Source: Candidatus Thalassarchaeum sp.
GTDB lineage: Archaea; Thermoplasmatota; Poseidoniia; Poseidoniales; Thalassarchaeaceae
NCBI GenBank assembly: GCA_022449345.1
Contig: JAKURL010000001.1
Coordinates: forward strand, 14,211 to 78,210
Direction of reading: 5' to 3'
Length of the DNA stretch: 64,000 nt
The notes under the pieces were generated by a model. The model was not told where the DNA came from. It did not search any database and was given only the letters and a program-made list of their open reading frames with translations. The position numbers and the translations under genes were made by a program. Shown here one piece after another: positions 28,001 through 36,399 of this stretch. Numbering within the stretch: the first letter of the stretch is position 1; the number at the start of each line of letters is the position of its first letter.

Positions 28001-28856
28001 CAGGGACAACTCCATGAGTCAATTGTTGTTGGTCACCTACTATGACTCCCCCTAAATCAAGTAGGGATGCGAACCAAATTTCCTGTCCGTCACAAATATA
28101 GAATTCTCCTTCAATTTCAGATGCATTTAGGCTAGTCACCTTATCGTAATACATTGAGAAATCATTACCCCACAGAAGATAGGAGCCTCCGTAGGGACAG
28201 GTGGAATTACCGACTTGCAGGGGAGTGTGTTCGACTGTGACTGTTCCATTTTGCACGGTGCCGTTCACATCTCCAGATGGAGGTAAACCACTTCCATTTT
28301 CAATTGTCATATTTGTTTGACAGAGTGGTTCTAATGAAAGTATCTCATTAGCGTCCAATGCCCCATCAAAGTCGAGATCGAAACCGGAAGTTAAGTTGTA
28401 TACCAATAATCCCCCACAGTCAGATGAGACAGAAGGGTTCTGCACTTCCCATAAGTGAGAACCAGGGCCTGAATGATAATCCTCCGACATAGCGATTGAA
28501 AAATTGCCATTATCGTCGAAATCCCATAATGAAGATGAAGAACCATCATCAAACATTGTTAGGTTACCATCGAGGAGAGAGTCTGTAGTTCCATCGTATG
28601 TACCATTGTCAAAATCATCGCCTTTAATTGAGATTGAATCAATGGTTGAGGAGGCCATAGGATTGTTATTGATTGATATCCAACCATCTACAATTGTCTC
28701 ATTGCTCGGGACATTAAATGCATTAACTGTCACACCATCATCATCAGGATTAATCGGAGTCGAGATACTCCAATTTGTCACCCCTGCGCTGGCAAATGGA
28801 GCGAATATCATCAACATGACGAGGGCGGTTGCTAGTCTTCGGCGGCTGGCGGGCAT
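22056..28856 (-). CDS. Giant (2266 aa) surface protein: signal peptide, Cys-flanked module, about 3 jelly-roll-like beta-sandwiches, CARDB-like domain, C-terminal TM and Tyr/Asp tail
   Basis: Signal MPASRRRLATALVMLMIFAPFASA; recurring ..F.FRF......GW..DN motifs; TM VYLLMGGVLLVAVGMVGFFV. Confidence 0.88.
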   Translation of the reverse strand: MPASRRRLATALVMLMIFAPFASAGVTNWSISTPINPDDDGVTVNAFNVPSNETIVDGWISINNNPMASSTIDSISIKGDDFDNGTYDGTTDSLLDGNLTMFDDGSSSSLWDFDDNGNFSIAMSEDYHSGPGSHLWEVQNPSVSSDCGGLLVYNLTSGFDLDFDGALDANEILSLEPLCQTNMTIENGSGLPPSGDVNGTVQNGTVTVEHTPLQVGNSTCPYGGSYLLWGNDFSMYYDKVTSLNASEIEGEFYICDGQEIWFASLLDLGGVIVGDQQQLTHGVVPASASEGGVVVGTLPGSPLEPETDAWFLLPASDIPGNPDTIVNYSFSFDHWHDLESGDAAWVEYRMSDGTWGDWTWTELDSGYSHSIPMGDLNVQGTPTSDTIPVFGGDAVSGWVSSSTNLSNISLIANHSEIQFRFRIVTSASSTGSPGWFLDNINYHNDGDDSGVWHHGCDINGYMSQNLGTYCYYGHNQLGYLTYSGLDLSGATDIEFDLHWDLEGSGWDNACIELSNDNGATWTDISSTGTSSTTIQCRSRTGSIPNYGYTDMNGVTHLDDSGGMVTILNDIPTAWQVSNITLRFVVQTDSSVGYGQSTTNFPDPDGREGLTVYGFRPVDSSGSTLFSVYLDGNTPTTPTGNEWRFLTLNSGYIDDQHGFEDSQVTDPEVDDVDGFSRTNTKNNCNSYNCGWALTPIVTDDYGPSEAASFPYLYSIGAAGSFTTSVKEASLISPVISVPESGITFFSFEMWMCWSYSNFQGEMNGGALMVEVDGGSWQLVDPGWYTDTMSTYVSGTGYILTNLDGLPIWTDESCGESDFNSYELPMGEWAGSDVRFKFIAADKYGYTSSLQQGWYIDNVGVRQGHFSSPGDWISEPIQLNGLDSFNLGTVEIEGRIDDNSTVTATILDAVSGQPVIGFENLDFPVNLAGLDSETHPAVNIRLELSSSSTISTPIISNVEIGGPRILSAELFDFNGWTIPAGVEVIDDLLNATAVTSTITSNYIDSIRPIKRINFLGNASNNVLIEVFGHGGNSLGNTSQGGYISFATPINGYSLEIMLPPNGFIDKMLIKSIYGEPARDIAIDVAEDGTDDWYFPYSEGRGHLGWQTTILEDSPSSNPNQIASTSIELYLTSGVPQSVTVLVPDGAIANSGLLAISSDADGFDSSVDLGVNGYQKSTSTSNPFFTYLSFSPNQVASISAMSATWTDSSANGRVWKEVGLTLESSSTQTITLSRLAISYSLTETVSDLTSSLANYHSAATAAEPTLVLIHIPTNVTASAGQVLIDGQIIHELMITNKDFSVPQVFHPDGSVYEIVTNHRHLYDNSDLQLVSLVGHASDGETISFDVTNSADGSWGMNSGSVMFSQSSGSQLMPLNTSSSQVSVIDGGDGWMDVQITWRFELSWNWNDVDRINWIAQAYDTNEVTIWPANSVSGVSGNAVENDLQIDSFEIRDQYNRLISNQFSTFYPFPILEGSQINVTGSIRFQNTLDTRPMGSDFQVRLNLSNSVLLLDSHDNGQFSGIFNTPSGLSEITASPDLFRVGPLAGSIGGEDVSGQPPTVIMVNDFTAPIAGPLQVVTAAGLQNANGKVWDPSLPLSLYVTVEEPQARGETITLHYWRADSDDINFNGIAEEEEYLSQVQPLSAGMTGEQQVNFAGIDVSGQSFNSPVHLYLEGTDWAGLTYQEGGTGGGPGAENSWASVIIATDEPTEIINSGFHLDRSTGYLLAGMPHTFRMQISEPNGLQTLDNITIMLCGDSLDNLGKISYKPVTGEIWTADDSMVSPLSVQTQQITSAVVELAVMFEISWDYPWEEDQFNCKPSVSIIDEITEVAYQNNIGELTWELDNSLVAIASSMSDLTPPIILAEDAHLYLRQGDEFEMTGGIFYAGSGEEFTEIPDDLQMEMTLIYGTEVISSVADVNEDGTWFTTMTLPMRAPFSPTMDLTTAVLNVPGVGTSTSNTDGKVTVDSKSPTILFDQMNYPDSSLTVLESDLLEDVLVSITIVDEIGLPDEDLQVAWIFLRSNQPVAGTEDTGSLQMLLDEDGRDVFQGRLDFTPNLEGFTIEDGDRIMFWVTSTDRAGNEVQGLGSEYAPRAVALRVMEFNPALDNVVVTPKDPLQDTTVIIETYWSNSGKRDGTIEINLYELTNDGKWRAETNSIDLELSAETSSVYARFEWVAGDPGQPVLYIIVDDDFDNPAHPISGVVVQAPITDEGSDEDTMVYLLMGGVLLVAVGMVGFFVSRSRSGDEDYYYDDDDSYYEDEEYEGSDDDSESE

Positions 28857-28893
28857 GGTGCTTACAAGAATAACGAGATTATAGATTACTCGG

Positions 28894-28970
28894 TTCCTGT
28901 TCTACGAACAGGGAATATAAGATGTAATTGAGGAGGATAATTTTACCTAAGACACTAACCTGTAAAATTA
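28894..28970. repeat. Two inverted repeats between tRNA-Thr and the giant gene
   Basis: CCTGTTC-TAC-GAACAGG (28896-28912), and TAATTTTAC (28938-28946) / GTAAAATTA (28962-28970) with a 15-bp spacer. Confidence 0.5.
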
Positions 28971-28979
28971 GGCTAATTT

Positions 28980-29054
28980 TGGAGCCACTGGGGGGAATTG
29001 AACCCCCGACCTTCGCCTTACCAAGGCGACGCTATACCCCTAAGCCACAGTGGC
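28980..29054 (-). tRNA. tRNA-Thr(GGT)
   Basis: Acceptor GCCACTG/CAGTGGC, anticodon arm TCGCC-TTGGTAA-GGCGA, GGTTCAATTCC T-arm, encoded CCA. Confidence 0.96.
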
Positions 29055-29181
29055 AGCGAGCGCTCCACCTGTGGCGCTGATTTAACGCCTGCGGGTTGAG
29101 CTATGCGAACTTTTTCTGCTTGCAGGATGCAAAGAAATGCTACGTCAGACTCAAGTCGAGGTCGTAGTTCGGAGGGTGTAA

Positions 29182-29267
29182 GCCGAGGTCGCATAGCCTG
29201 GTATTGCGCATGACTGGAAATCATGTGGGTTCTACCCTCGGGAGTTCAAATCTCCCTCTCGGCGCCA
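29182..29267 (+). tRNA. tRNA-Ser(GGA)
   Basis: Acceptor GCCGAGG/TCTCGGC, anticodon arm CATGA-CTGGAAA-TCATG, long variable arm, T-arm GGGAG-TTCAAAT-CTCCC, encoded CCA. Confidence 0.95.
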
Positions 29268-29362
29268 CACAAACTCAATTCTTTCTCAAAGGGTAGGGTT
29301 TGCTAGTTAGATATCTCAGATTCAAGTTTGTTTCTTATGGTTGATTCGACGCGGGGGAATAC

Positions 29363-30517
29363 GTGGAAGAAGGAGAGGTCGATACAATCGGCGAGGAATG
29401 GGTTGAACCAACCCAGATTCGATTGAGTGATGTTGAACTCCCATTCAAGTTAGAAGATCGTAATCCAAGATTGGCTTCTATCGATTCGCTATTGCAAGAA
29501 TACGTATTTCATGGAAAGATGATTACTCTGCAGTGGGGAGTAACTGAAGCACTGATTCTAGGGGTAGGTTCACTGTCAATAATCCTAGGTGCTTGGGATT
29601 TAGGAATTGGTGAAATCTCATCCGGTGGGGACTACAATCGCTGGGGTCTATACGGTGATGATGCGGGATTCCTTCACGTCAACGATTTCTCACTAATGTT
29701 GGCTTTACTTTCGTTAATGGCTTGGATTGGTTTGTTTGGATTGCTTTGGACCAGATTCCCTTTGATGCGTGAGAGCCTTGTATTTATGACAATAGCAACA
29801 TTTGTTGTTCAAGTTGGATATATCATCAGTCATTCATCGGCCAGTGACTTTCCATTCGGAGCTGATGTGAGCAATTGGGCAGGGGTTGGACTAGCAAATC
29901 TAATCCTTATCTTCCTATCAGTTGTAGTTGTACACAAGGCGGTAATTGAAACTCGAGATGTCCACGTCGAAGAGCGACACTCTCACCCTGATCCTCGTGT
30001 TGTACAGAAGGCTTGGCACGATCACAGTCTGAAAGCTTGGAGTGTGAATTTGGGTGTTTGGATGTTATTTCTCAATCTATATTCGTGGGCTGGTACACAC
30101 GCGGTTTCACCTCGACCACCGATTGAAAACGATATGACTCTCTACATCGCAATGTACGTAATATTTGGAATTCTTTCTTTGGCAATATGGGTGCATGTTT
30201 TGTGGTATCCACAATTCATGCTCGGCGCCGCTGAAGATAGGATTCAATCCGTACGCGCTAGAGAGGTAGCGGGGGAATTTGTCCCTGTAAAATCAGACCG
30301 CAGACAGGGGGCTTGTCCAATATGTGGGATCGATTCTGCTGCGGTCAAGAATAAGGATGGTAGTATCGAGATACCTTGCCCAGATTGTGATGGAAATGGA
30401 GCCCCAGGGGCAGCTTGTGCAAATTGTAACGCCACAATACCGGCTAGAATCTCCTGCAGAGGTTGTGGCTCAAGTACAACCGTAATCAGTCATTTCTCAA
30501 GAGCAGAGGCTTGGTGA
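29363..30517 (+). CDS. Multi-pass membrane protein with C-terminal Cys-pair (Zn-binding) domain
   Basis: About 6 TM segments; CPIC, CPDC, CANC and CRGC motifs at the C-terminus. Confidence 0.75.
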   Translation: MEEGEVDTIGEEWVEPTQIRLSDVELPFKLEDRNPRLASIDSLLQEYVFHGKMITLQWGVTEALILGVGSLSIILGAWDLGIGEISSGGDYNRWGLYGDDAGFLHVNDFSLMLALLSLMAWIGLFGLLWTRFPLMRESLVFMTIATFVVQVGYIISHSSASDFPFGADVSNWAGVGLANLILIFLSVVVVHKAVIETRDVHVEERHSHPDPRVVQKAWHDHSLKAWSVNLGVWMLFLNLYSWAGTHAVSPRPPIENDMTLYIAMYVIFGILSLAIWVHVLWYPQFMLGAAEDRIQSVRAREVAGEFVPVKSDRRQGACPICGIDSAAVKNKDGSIEIPCPDCDGNGAPGAACANCNATIPARISCRGCGSSTTVISHFSRAEAW

Positions 30518-30552
30518 TAGTTCCTACTCAGACTAGAAAATGGTGCTTCCCA

Positions 30553-31872
30553 ATGAGCTTGAATGAGATCGCAAACCAAGACGTTTCGAAAAGTAATTCC
30601 GAAGACCAAGGGAATCCAATAATGGAAACTTTCCGAGATAACTCATTCCATTGGCTTGCTGGAATTGTTTCTGGGCTAATTTTCTTCCTCTCGGTTTTGG
30701 TTTTATTCATTTGGTTATGGGCGAACGCTAATGACATAATCCTAGGTGGCCCACCTCCTACATTGACCGGTTGGGAAGAATCGTACCGAGAATTGACTGG
30801 ATTCGATGAAGTCACAGATCTAGATGGCAGTGGAGTTACCGTATGTGTAGTGGATTCTGGAATAGAAATGAACCACCCTGATTTGCAACGTCTGACTTTA
30901 TCGGGTTGGCTAGATGTGATCAATAATCAAGAGACTCCCTATGATGATGAAGGACATGGAACTGCAATGGCAGGAATTATTGTGGCTAAAGATGGCCTTC
31001 GGGGTAATGCCCAAGGTGTCGATTTACTGGTTGCGAAGGCAATCGATTCTAATGGAGAAGGGACGGATGAAGGAATTGCCGAGGCCGTCAATTGGTGTAC
31101 TAATCAACAGGCGGACATAATTTCACTCAGCCTCGGTGGAGAAGGAGGATTTGGCTTTGGAGGAATTACAACAGATGAATTGGAAGATGCCGTTCAAGAT
31201 GCACTCGACCAAGGTGTCTTCGTTGTAGCAGCTGCGGGTAATGACGGACAAGACGATGATGGAGACGTTTCATCCCCCTGTTCTGTTGAGGATGTCATTT
31301 GTGTTGGAGGTGCAACTCGACTGGGTAATGTATGGAGTGGAAGTTCAGAAGGTGATAATGATGGGAGAATCTGGCCACCGATGCTACCCCGTTCAGACCC
31401 TGACATGAAACCCGAGGTCCTAGGGCCAGGAGCAGAGGTGCCGGTACTATTCGCTGGTGGTAGCGGTGATGGTTCTTGGTGGGGTTGGGCAAGTGGCACA
31501 TCTGCAGCGACGGCTTGGGTATCAGGCGGATTGGCCCTGATTCTAGAGGCTCATCCTGAATTTCAAAGAGAGGGGGCTTCAGGAGGTCCGAATGCGATCG
31601 AATTAATCAAAACCGAATTGAGTGAGAATTCGCAAATGGATGACGGTCAAGAGGACCACGATGATCACTTTGGTTACGGAATTTTTCGCATTGACTTGAT
31701 GCTTGAGGCATTAGGAAATTCAAGTTCTGAGGAAGCCGATAGCCTCTCGCAAGAACAGTTTATTGTTGCTGAGAAATTGAATAACTCAAATCAGGCAGAA
31801 CGAAGGAACACACCCAATGTCCCACCTGCCAGTTCGACAAAAGCAGCTGAGTGGGCCGAGTTAACGGATTGA
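30553..31872 (+). CDS. Membrane-anchored subtilisin-like S8 serine peptidase
   Basis: Catalytic triad VVDSG / GHGTAMAG / SGTSAAT, oxyanion AAGND, N-terminal TM helix. Start moved to ATG 30553. Confidence 0.92.
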   Translation: MSLNEIANQDVSKSNSEDQGNPIMETFRDNSFHWLAGIVSGLIFFLSVLVLFIWLWANANDIILGGPPPTLTGWEESYRELTGFDEVTDLDGSGVTVCVVDSGIEMNHPDLQRLTLSGWLDVINNQETPYDDEGHGTAMAGIIVAKDGLRGNAQGVDLLVAKAIDSNGEGTDEGIAEAVNWCTNQQADIISLSLGGEGGFGFGGITTDELEDAVQDALDQGVFVVAAAGNDGQDDDGDVSSPCSVEDVICVGGATRLGNVWSGSSEGDNDGRIWPPMLPRSDPDMKPEVLGPGAEVPVLFAGGSGDGSWWGWASGTSAATAWVSGGLALILEAHPEFQREGASGGPNAIELIKTELSENSQMDDGQEDHDDHFGYGIFRIDLMLEALGNSSSEEADSLSQEQFIVAEKLNNSNQAERRNTPNVPPASSTKAAEWAELTD

Positions 31873-32618
31873 ACGAATTCTATCCATTGATTGAAAGATG
31901 CAACGACCTGTTGCGCAGATGTCATTTCGACACCTAGCTCCGGTTCTCCGACATCGCCGGTAGGAACTTGCGGTTCTAACGCCATAACGATACCACCTGG
32001 TGCCAGCAATTCGAAAGCCGAGGCAGTGGCTTGAATCCTTTCTACCTCTGGCAAATCGATTATTACGAGATCGATTGGTTGAGGTAGTGGTGTGCTTCTT
32101 GCAACATCTGGAAGCGCTGCACTTGCCGCGTTCCACGATACGATCTCAGCGGCGATTTCAGCCCAAGAGTCTGAAATCACTTGAGCCCAACTAGATGCAT
32201 CATATCGGCGCAATAATCGATCGATGATTACTCCAAATTTACCGCCTTCTTCTATAACTCTGAGTGTCTCCGGACGATTGCTTCCAACCGATTCTTCATT
32301 AGACGGATCTCCACACCACAAATCCATCATCCAGGCGGTTAGGTGACCGATGCCCCCGCCAACAATTATGACATTTCGAGCAGGGATTCGCCCCACGATA
32401 TCCCGGATACGTTTACGGATTGAGCGCGGAAGCGGCCTCAGATCCATGTGGATCATTTGTTCTCCAATCGCAGCAGCGATTTCGGATTCCGAGGCACTTC
32501 GCGATTCGTCATCCCCGAGAAGTTGCTCAAACATCTCCCGCTGGGACATCGTCGGAAGTCCGATTCCACCCCCGACATCGCCCATATTCCTGCCTCGGGT
32601 TGCCCTCTCTTGAACCAT
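31791..32618 (-). CDS. Rossmann / class I SAM-methyltransferase-like hypothetical protein
   Basis: NVIIVGGGIG, VIEE and DLVIIDLP motifs. Start moved to ATG 32618. Confidence 0.55.
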   Translation of the reverse strand: MVQERATRGRNMGDVGGGIGLPTMSQREMFEQLLGDDESRSASESEIAAAIGEQMIHMDLRPLPRSIRKRIRDIVGRIPARNVIIVGGGIGHLTAWMMDLWCGDPSNEESVGSNRPETLRVIEEGGKFGVIIDRLLRRYDASSWAQVISDSWAEIAAEIVSWNAASAALPDVARSTPLPQPIDLVIIDLPEVERIQATASAFELLAPGGIVMALEPQVPTGDVGEPELGVEMTSAQQVVASFNQWIEFVQSVNSAHSAAFVELAGGTLGVFLRSA

Positions 32619-32663
32619 CCCACCCGTGGATGGCTTCAAGAGGAGCAGGTCAGCCGCCGAGAT

Positions 32664-33293
32664 GTGAACGAAGGCCCAGATGAGGACGAAGCGGTAGATG
32701 TCGCCGATTGTGCCAACTGTGAAGATTTCACAGAGCATAAAGTTCTCCGGAGAGTTAACAAGGGTGATGGAGAAGACCTACTGGTTCAATGTGTTGAATG
32801 CAATGAGGCTCAAACACTTCACCTTAGACCCAGAAAATCAGTCAAGATTACCGGGATACTTTCCGACGGACCTGATAGCAAGACACAAACGATTGAGTCT
32901 GATGACGATGAGTCAATTTCAGTAGGGGATATATTCGACCATGATGGTGTCCTTTACCGAGTAACTAGGATAGATGATTCTGATTCAAGGCCAAAGCAAA
33001 GTATGGTCGCTTGTGATATCTCAACACTTTGGGCAGTTAGGTGTGACAAATGCATCGTAAGACTGACAATGACCGATCGGGAAGATAGCAAATCGAAGAC
33101 TATCGAATGCGCTCCAGATGAGGTATTTTCCTGCGGCTCAATAATGGAAATTGACGGGGGGCGATGGAGAATACGCGCTCTTCACACAGGCAAGGGAAGA
33201 ACCCTTCGAGGAAAGCGTGCAGCGATTGATCTTCGAAGAATTTACCTTCACCCACCGCGATCTCGCGGAGATGGTCGGCAGCGATATAAGTGA
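32664..33293 (+). CDS. HVO_0476-family zinc-finger protein
   Basis: CANC..TEH.VL...L.VQCVEC followed by two repeated beta modules. Probable GTG start at 32664. Confidence 0.75.
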   Translation: MNEGPDEDEAVDVADCANCEDFTEHKVLRRVNKGDGEDLLVQCVECNEAQTLHLRPRKSVKITGILSDGPDSKTQTIESDDDESISVGDIFDHDGVLYRVTRIDDSDSRPKQSMVACDISTLWAVRCDKCIVRLTMTDREDSKSKTIECAPDEVFSCGSIMEIDGGRWRIRALHTGKGRTLRGKRAAIDLRRIYLHPPRSRGDGRQRYK

Positions 33294-33296
33294 TAA

Positions 33297-34247
33297 TTAT
33301 CGACGATTTGTCCACGGCATAATAATGCTCTTTGCGACGTGCCACGCAACATCTGGATTTTCTCTTAATCGGCGCATACTATACTCGTACCATCGGCCTC
33401 CATAGGGGATGTATACACGGGTTCGATGGCCTTGGGCAGACAATTTCCTTCGAATATTACCTCTGACTCCGAGTAGCATTTGAAACTCATAACCTGGACC
33501 TTTGCCCTTCCTTGCTTGGCCGGCATTTGACCTAGGATCTTCAATTCCTGGGCCCATTCCTCTTTCAGCCAAAGAAGTAAGTGAATAATTGATTACCGGG
33601 ATGTCATGAGTAGCGATTGCCGTGTACGATCCAGCATCGAGTAATTCGTCAACAGTTTGGTTCGTCGCTGCTACGATTTCGTGATATCCTGTATGAGCAA
33701 TGTCCTCAGGTTCGAGGTAGATCCCTTTGCAAATTCTAACATCCGAATTTCCACCAAGTTTAGACGAAAGGTGAGCGATATCATCACTAGTTCTGAACAA
33801 TCTAGATTGAAGTACGGTGCCTATGTTTCTATGTCCCCTTTCATGCATCTCAGTTACGATGTCAATAGTGGACTGAGTCACTCGGTTATCCTCCATATCG
33901 AGTCTGACGAATATGTCGTTTTTTGCAGCTATACGAGTGATATGCTCAATGTTTTCAATTGCCTTTTCTTCGTCAATTAGTAGACCAAATGCGGTTGGTT
34001 TTAGAGAGATATTTGCATCCATGCCTTCGGCAACAATCGCATCTAAGGCTCTATGATATTCATTAACGAAAAATTCGGCCTCGGCTAAACTGGTTATTTC
34101 TTCCCCTAAAACATCCAAAGTGAAACATGCACCTTGTGATTTCATGGCGCGCATAACCTTAATCGCACTATCTAAATCTGGGCCTGCGACATACCTCTTT
34201 GCAACCCAATGAACAACGAATTTCGGGGTGATGGGCATCATCATCAT
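33297..34247 (-). CDS. Monofunctional proline dehydrogenase
   Basis: RYVAG, TLDVLGE, ISLKPT, RLDMED, VRICKGIY, IATHD, EFQMLLGV and RVYIPYG..WYEYSMRRL.E motifs. Confidence 0.92.
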   Translation of the reverse strand: MMMMPITPKFVVHWVAKRYVAGPDLDSAIKVMRAMKSQGACFTLDVLGEEITSLAEAEFFVNEYHRALDAIVAEGMDANISLKPTAFGLLIDEEKAIENIEHITRIAAKNDIFVRLDMEDNRVTQSTIDIVTEMHERGHRNIGTVLQSRLFRTSDDIAHLSSKLGGNSDVRICKGIYLEPEDIAHTGYHEIVAATNQTVDELLDAGSYTAIATHDIPVINYSLTSLAERGMGPGIEDPRSNAGQARKGKGPGYEFQMLLGVRGNIRRKLSAQGHRTRVYIPYGGRWYEYSMRRLRENPDVAWHVAKSIIMPWTNRR

Positions 34248-34308
34248 GATGAGGCGGCCGGGCACACCCATATCGCAAGCCGTGTAGCGGGAGCACTTTC
34301 ACGCTTGC

Positions 34309-35241
34309 TCAAGGAATAATCTCCCTACCCCGAAGAACATCTACATCGAGATAAGATAGTTCTTCGATGATTGCATTGCGCTGCCAACCTTTGAATGATT
34401 TGCGATCCAAGTGAGCAAAAATGATTCCTCCAGGGAATGCTATCCGAGTTTTTTTCACCGCTTCGCGCAAACTGTGGCGCCAAGGCCCAGATGGTGATTC
34501 TTGATTTTCGCCATCGAAGACTAGAGCATAATTTGCTAGAATGTGTCCAAAGGGCAGGCCACTACGAATAGCGATATCGGAATGACGTGGTGCATAATGC
34601 CCTCCACCGAATCCAATCATGACATCTCCTTGACCGGCCCATTCGCCTTCTGGGTCATTATCTGAAAGTCCCAGAACTCTAGAAATTACCCTTGCCCAAA
34701 GCTCCGAAGCATCCTTGCGAACCCACTCGGATTCCTTTGATCCAATCTCTAGGTAAAGCGTCGGCTTTGTCAGTACAGGACCATGATGAGTAGTCTCCAA
34801 ACTAACATCGAATTCCTCAGCTAATGTGGAGTCAGCGGTCTCTTCTCGAAGGGCAGAATATATTGCGGAGAATCTCGGAGAGGGAGGGACTGCAAGGCCT
34901 TTTTCACCGCCGGCAAATCCAACCTCTCCGTGAGGGACTTCTCCCGGCACTCCAATTGCATGAACGGTAAGCGAAGGAATTCCGCTCTTTGCAGCATGGC
35001 GAGAAAGAACTAGAACTTCGTCGACAGATTCTCCAATCTCCTCTTCATGAATTATATCAATACCATCAGCGTGGATGTGTAACTTTTCGATTAGCAATAG
35101 ATGAACAGGTCGAACTGAGTGGCTCTTTACAAGTCCATGATCGAATTGTTCGGACTTCGACCATCCTCCTAGTTCGACTACCGCCTCATAGAGATTTACT
35201 GAGGCGTTGTCGGCCTTTGAGGCGAGCAGAAGAGTCACCAT
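34309..35241 (-). CDS. dtdA: Archaeal D-aminoacyl-tRNA deacylase (DTD2 / GEK1 type)
   Basis: LSRHAAKSG.PSLTVH, LETTHHGP, EIGS and GFGGGHYAP motifs. Start moved to ATG 35241. Confidence 0.88.
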   Translation of the reverse strand: MVTLLLASKADNASVNLYEAVVELGGWSKSEQFDHGLVKSHSVRPVHLLLIEKLHIHADGIDIIHEEEIGESVDEVLVLSRHAAKSGIPSLTVHAIGVPGEVPHGEVGFAGGEKGLAVPPSPRFSAIYSALREETADSTLAEEFDVSLETTHHGPVLTKPTLYLEIGSKESEWVRKDASELWARVISRVLGLSDNDPEGEWAGQGDVMIGFGGGHYAPRHSDIAIRSGLPFGHILANYALVFDGENQESPSGPWRHSLREAVKKTRIAFPGGIIFAHLDRKSFKGWQRNAIIEELSYLDVDVLRGREIIP

Positions 35242-35345
35242 GCAGCCTGCTAGGTACCTGAAGACTTCAACCCATCCGAGATTGAATCGAATTCCTCGGG
35301 CCATTAGCACCACAGGTTCAAACACAAGTAGCAGCGGGTCAAGAC

Positions 35346-36245
35346 GTGGAAAGAACCGTTCAGTTCACCCCCACTCGAGTGGATGATTGTGGGGGACACT
35401 ATGTCATCATTGGAAGTTTAGGTGAACTTGCAAAGCTCAACCAAGAGGGAAAGGTGCTTGGTGAGACGGCTATTCCACTCGCTTCTACTATACCTTGCTC
35501 AACCGCTATGGAAGATTCTTGGATTGGTGTCTGGGTAGAAGCAGAAATGAGATTAGCAAGAATGGCCAGTCTAAATTTAGCGGACGAATGGAAAGACGGA
35601 GCCTCTAAGAGAGACCTTAGAACCTCGTTAAACCCAATGTCATTACATCCTAAAAATTCCCGCTGGTCACACGCTCTAGATGCAGAACCGACGTGTGTTA
35701 GGTGCATTGATGATGGATTCTGTTTTGTCTTGCGCGGACGAGGTATTTACCGGATGGATTCACAGGCAAATGAGATTTGGAGATCTTCACTTCCCAGTGT
35801 ATTGGATGGGAAGTTAAGGGGACTGGAGACTGCTATTTCAATTTCACAATACAAGGATTCACTGAGCATTTGGTATGACAATGGATTGATCGTAGACATT
35901 ACCTCAGATACCGGATTGGAGATTGACCGAAGGAGTCTGAAAATACATGAAAAAGTGGAAAGAGTGTTTCATTCAGAAACTTCACATTTGCTCGCTCTAG
36001 CAGGAGGGGGATTTCTAATCTCGGATGGAGAGCATATTCTTGACTCCAAAAGCACACCTGGTCCATTGTCTGCGGCTAGAGAAAATGACGGGGTTTGGGA
36101 ATTTACCGGCTGGCGATTCGATGGCCGATTGAGTAATGGAAGCCTTGAGATCTCTGCAAGAGACCAACTAGGCATTGGCTTTGTTTCCGACAAAGTTCTG
36201 ACCAATGATGGGACACTAAGCGATTTTGCATTCACTCATTCTTGA
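35346..36245 (+). CDS. Hypothetical protein (beta-rich, possibly propeller-like)
   Basis: Long ORF filling the gap; no family motif recognised. Confidence 0.6.
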   Translation: MERTVQFTPTRVDDCGGHYVIIGSLGELAKLNQEGKVLGETAIPLASTIPCSTAMEDSWIGVWVEAEMRLARMASLNLADEWKDGASKRDLRTSLNPMSLHPKNSRWSHALDAEPTCVRCIDDGFCFVLRGRGIYRMDSQANEIWRSSLPSVLDGKLRGLETAISISQYKDSLSIWYDNGLIVDITSDTGLEIDRRSLKIHEKVERVFHSETSHLLALAGGGFLISDGEHILDSKSTPGPLSAARENDGVWEFTGWRFDGRLSNGSLEISARDQLGIGFVSDKVLTNDGTLSDFAFTHS

Positions 36246-36399
36246 CGGTGTGGCCACACTTTCCACAGGTTTTGCGGTCCGAGTGTAGACCTAGGAATAC
36301 TCCTGGGCCGCAGGTAGGGCAGGTTTCTGCCCTTACCAACTCATTACCTTCGATTGTGTATTTCGACCATTTCGCATTTGCGTTCGGGCTATCGGACAT
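36232..36399 (-). CDS. rps27ae: 30S ribosomal protein S27ae
   Basis: Not in the ORF track. 55 aa: MSDSPNANAKWSKYTIEGNELVRAETCPTCGPGVFLGLHSDRKTCGKCGHTVKNE. TGATG-coupled to rps24e. Confidence 0.95.
   Translation of the reverse strand: MSDSPNANAKWSKYTIEGNELVRAETCPTCGPGVFLGLHSDRKTCGKCGHTVKNE

Noticed and set aside
29018-29224. 68-aa minus-strand ORF
   Set aside because: It overlaps tRNA-Thr and tRNA-Ser.
31791-31872. 82-bp convergent overlap between the S8 peptidase and the methyltransferase-like gene
   Set aside because: The S8 tail is low-complexity and lies beyond the catalytic domain; an ordinary overlap in a compact genome.
34236-34247. Four consecutive ATG codons at the proline dehydrogenase start
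   Set aside because: Only makes the start ambiguous; no evidence of function.
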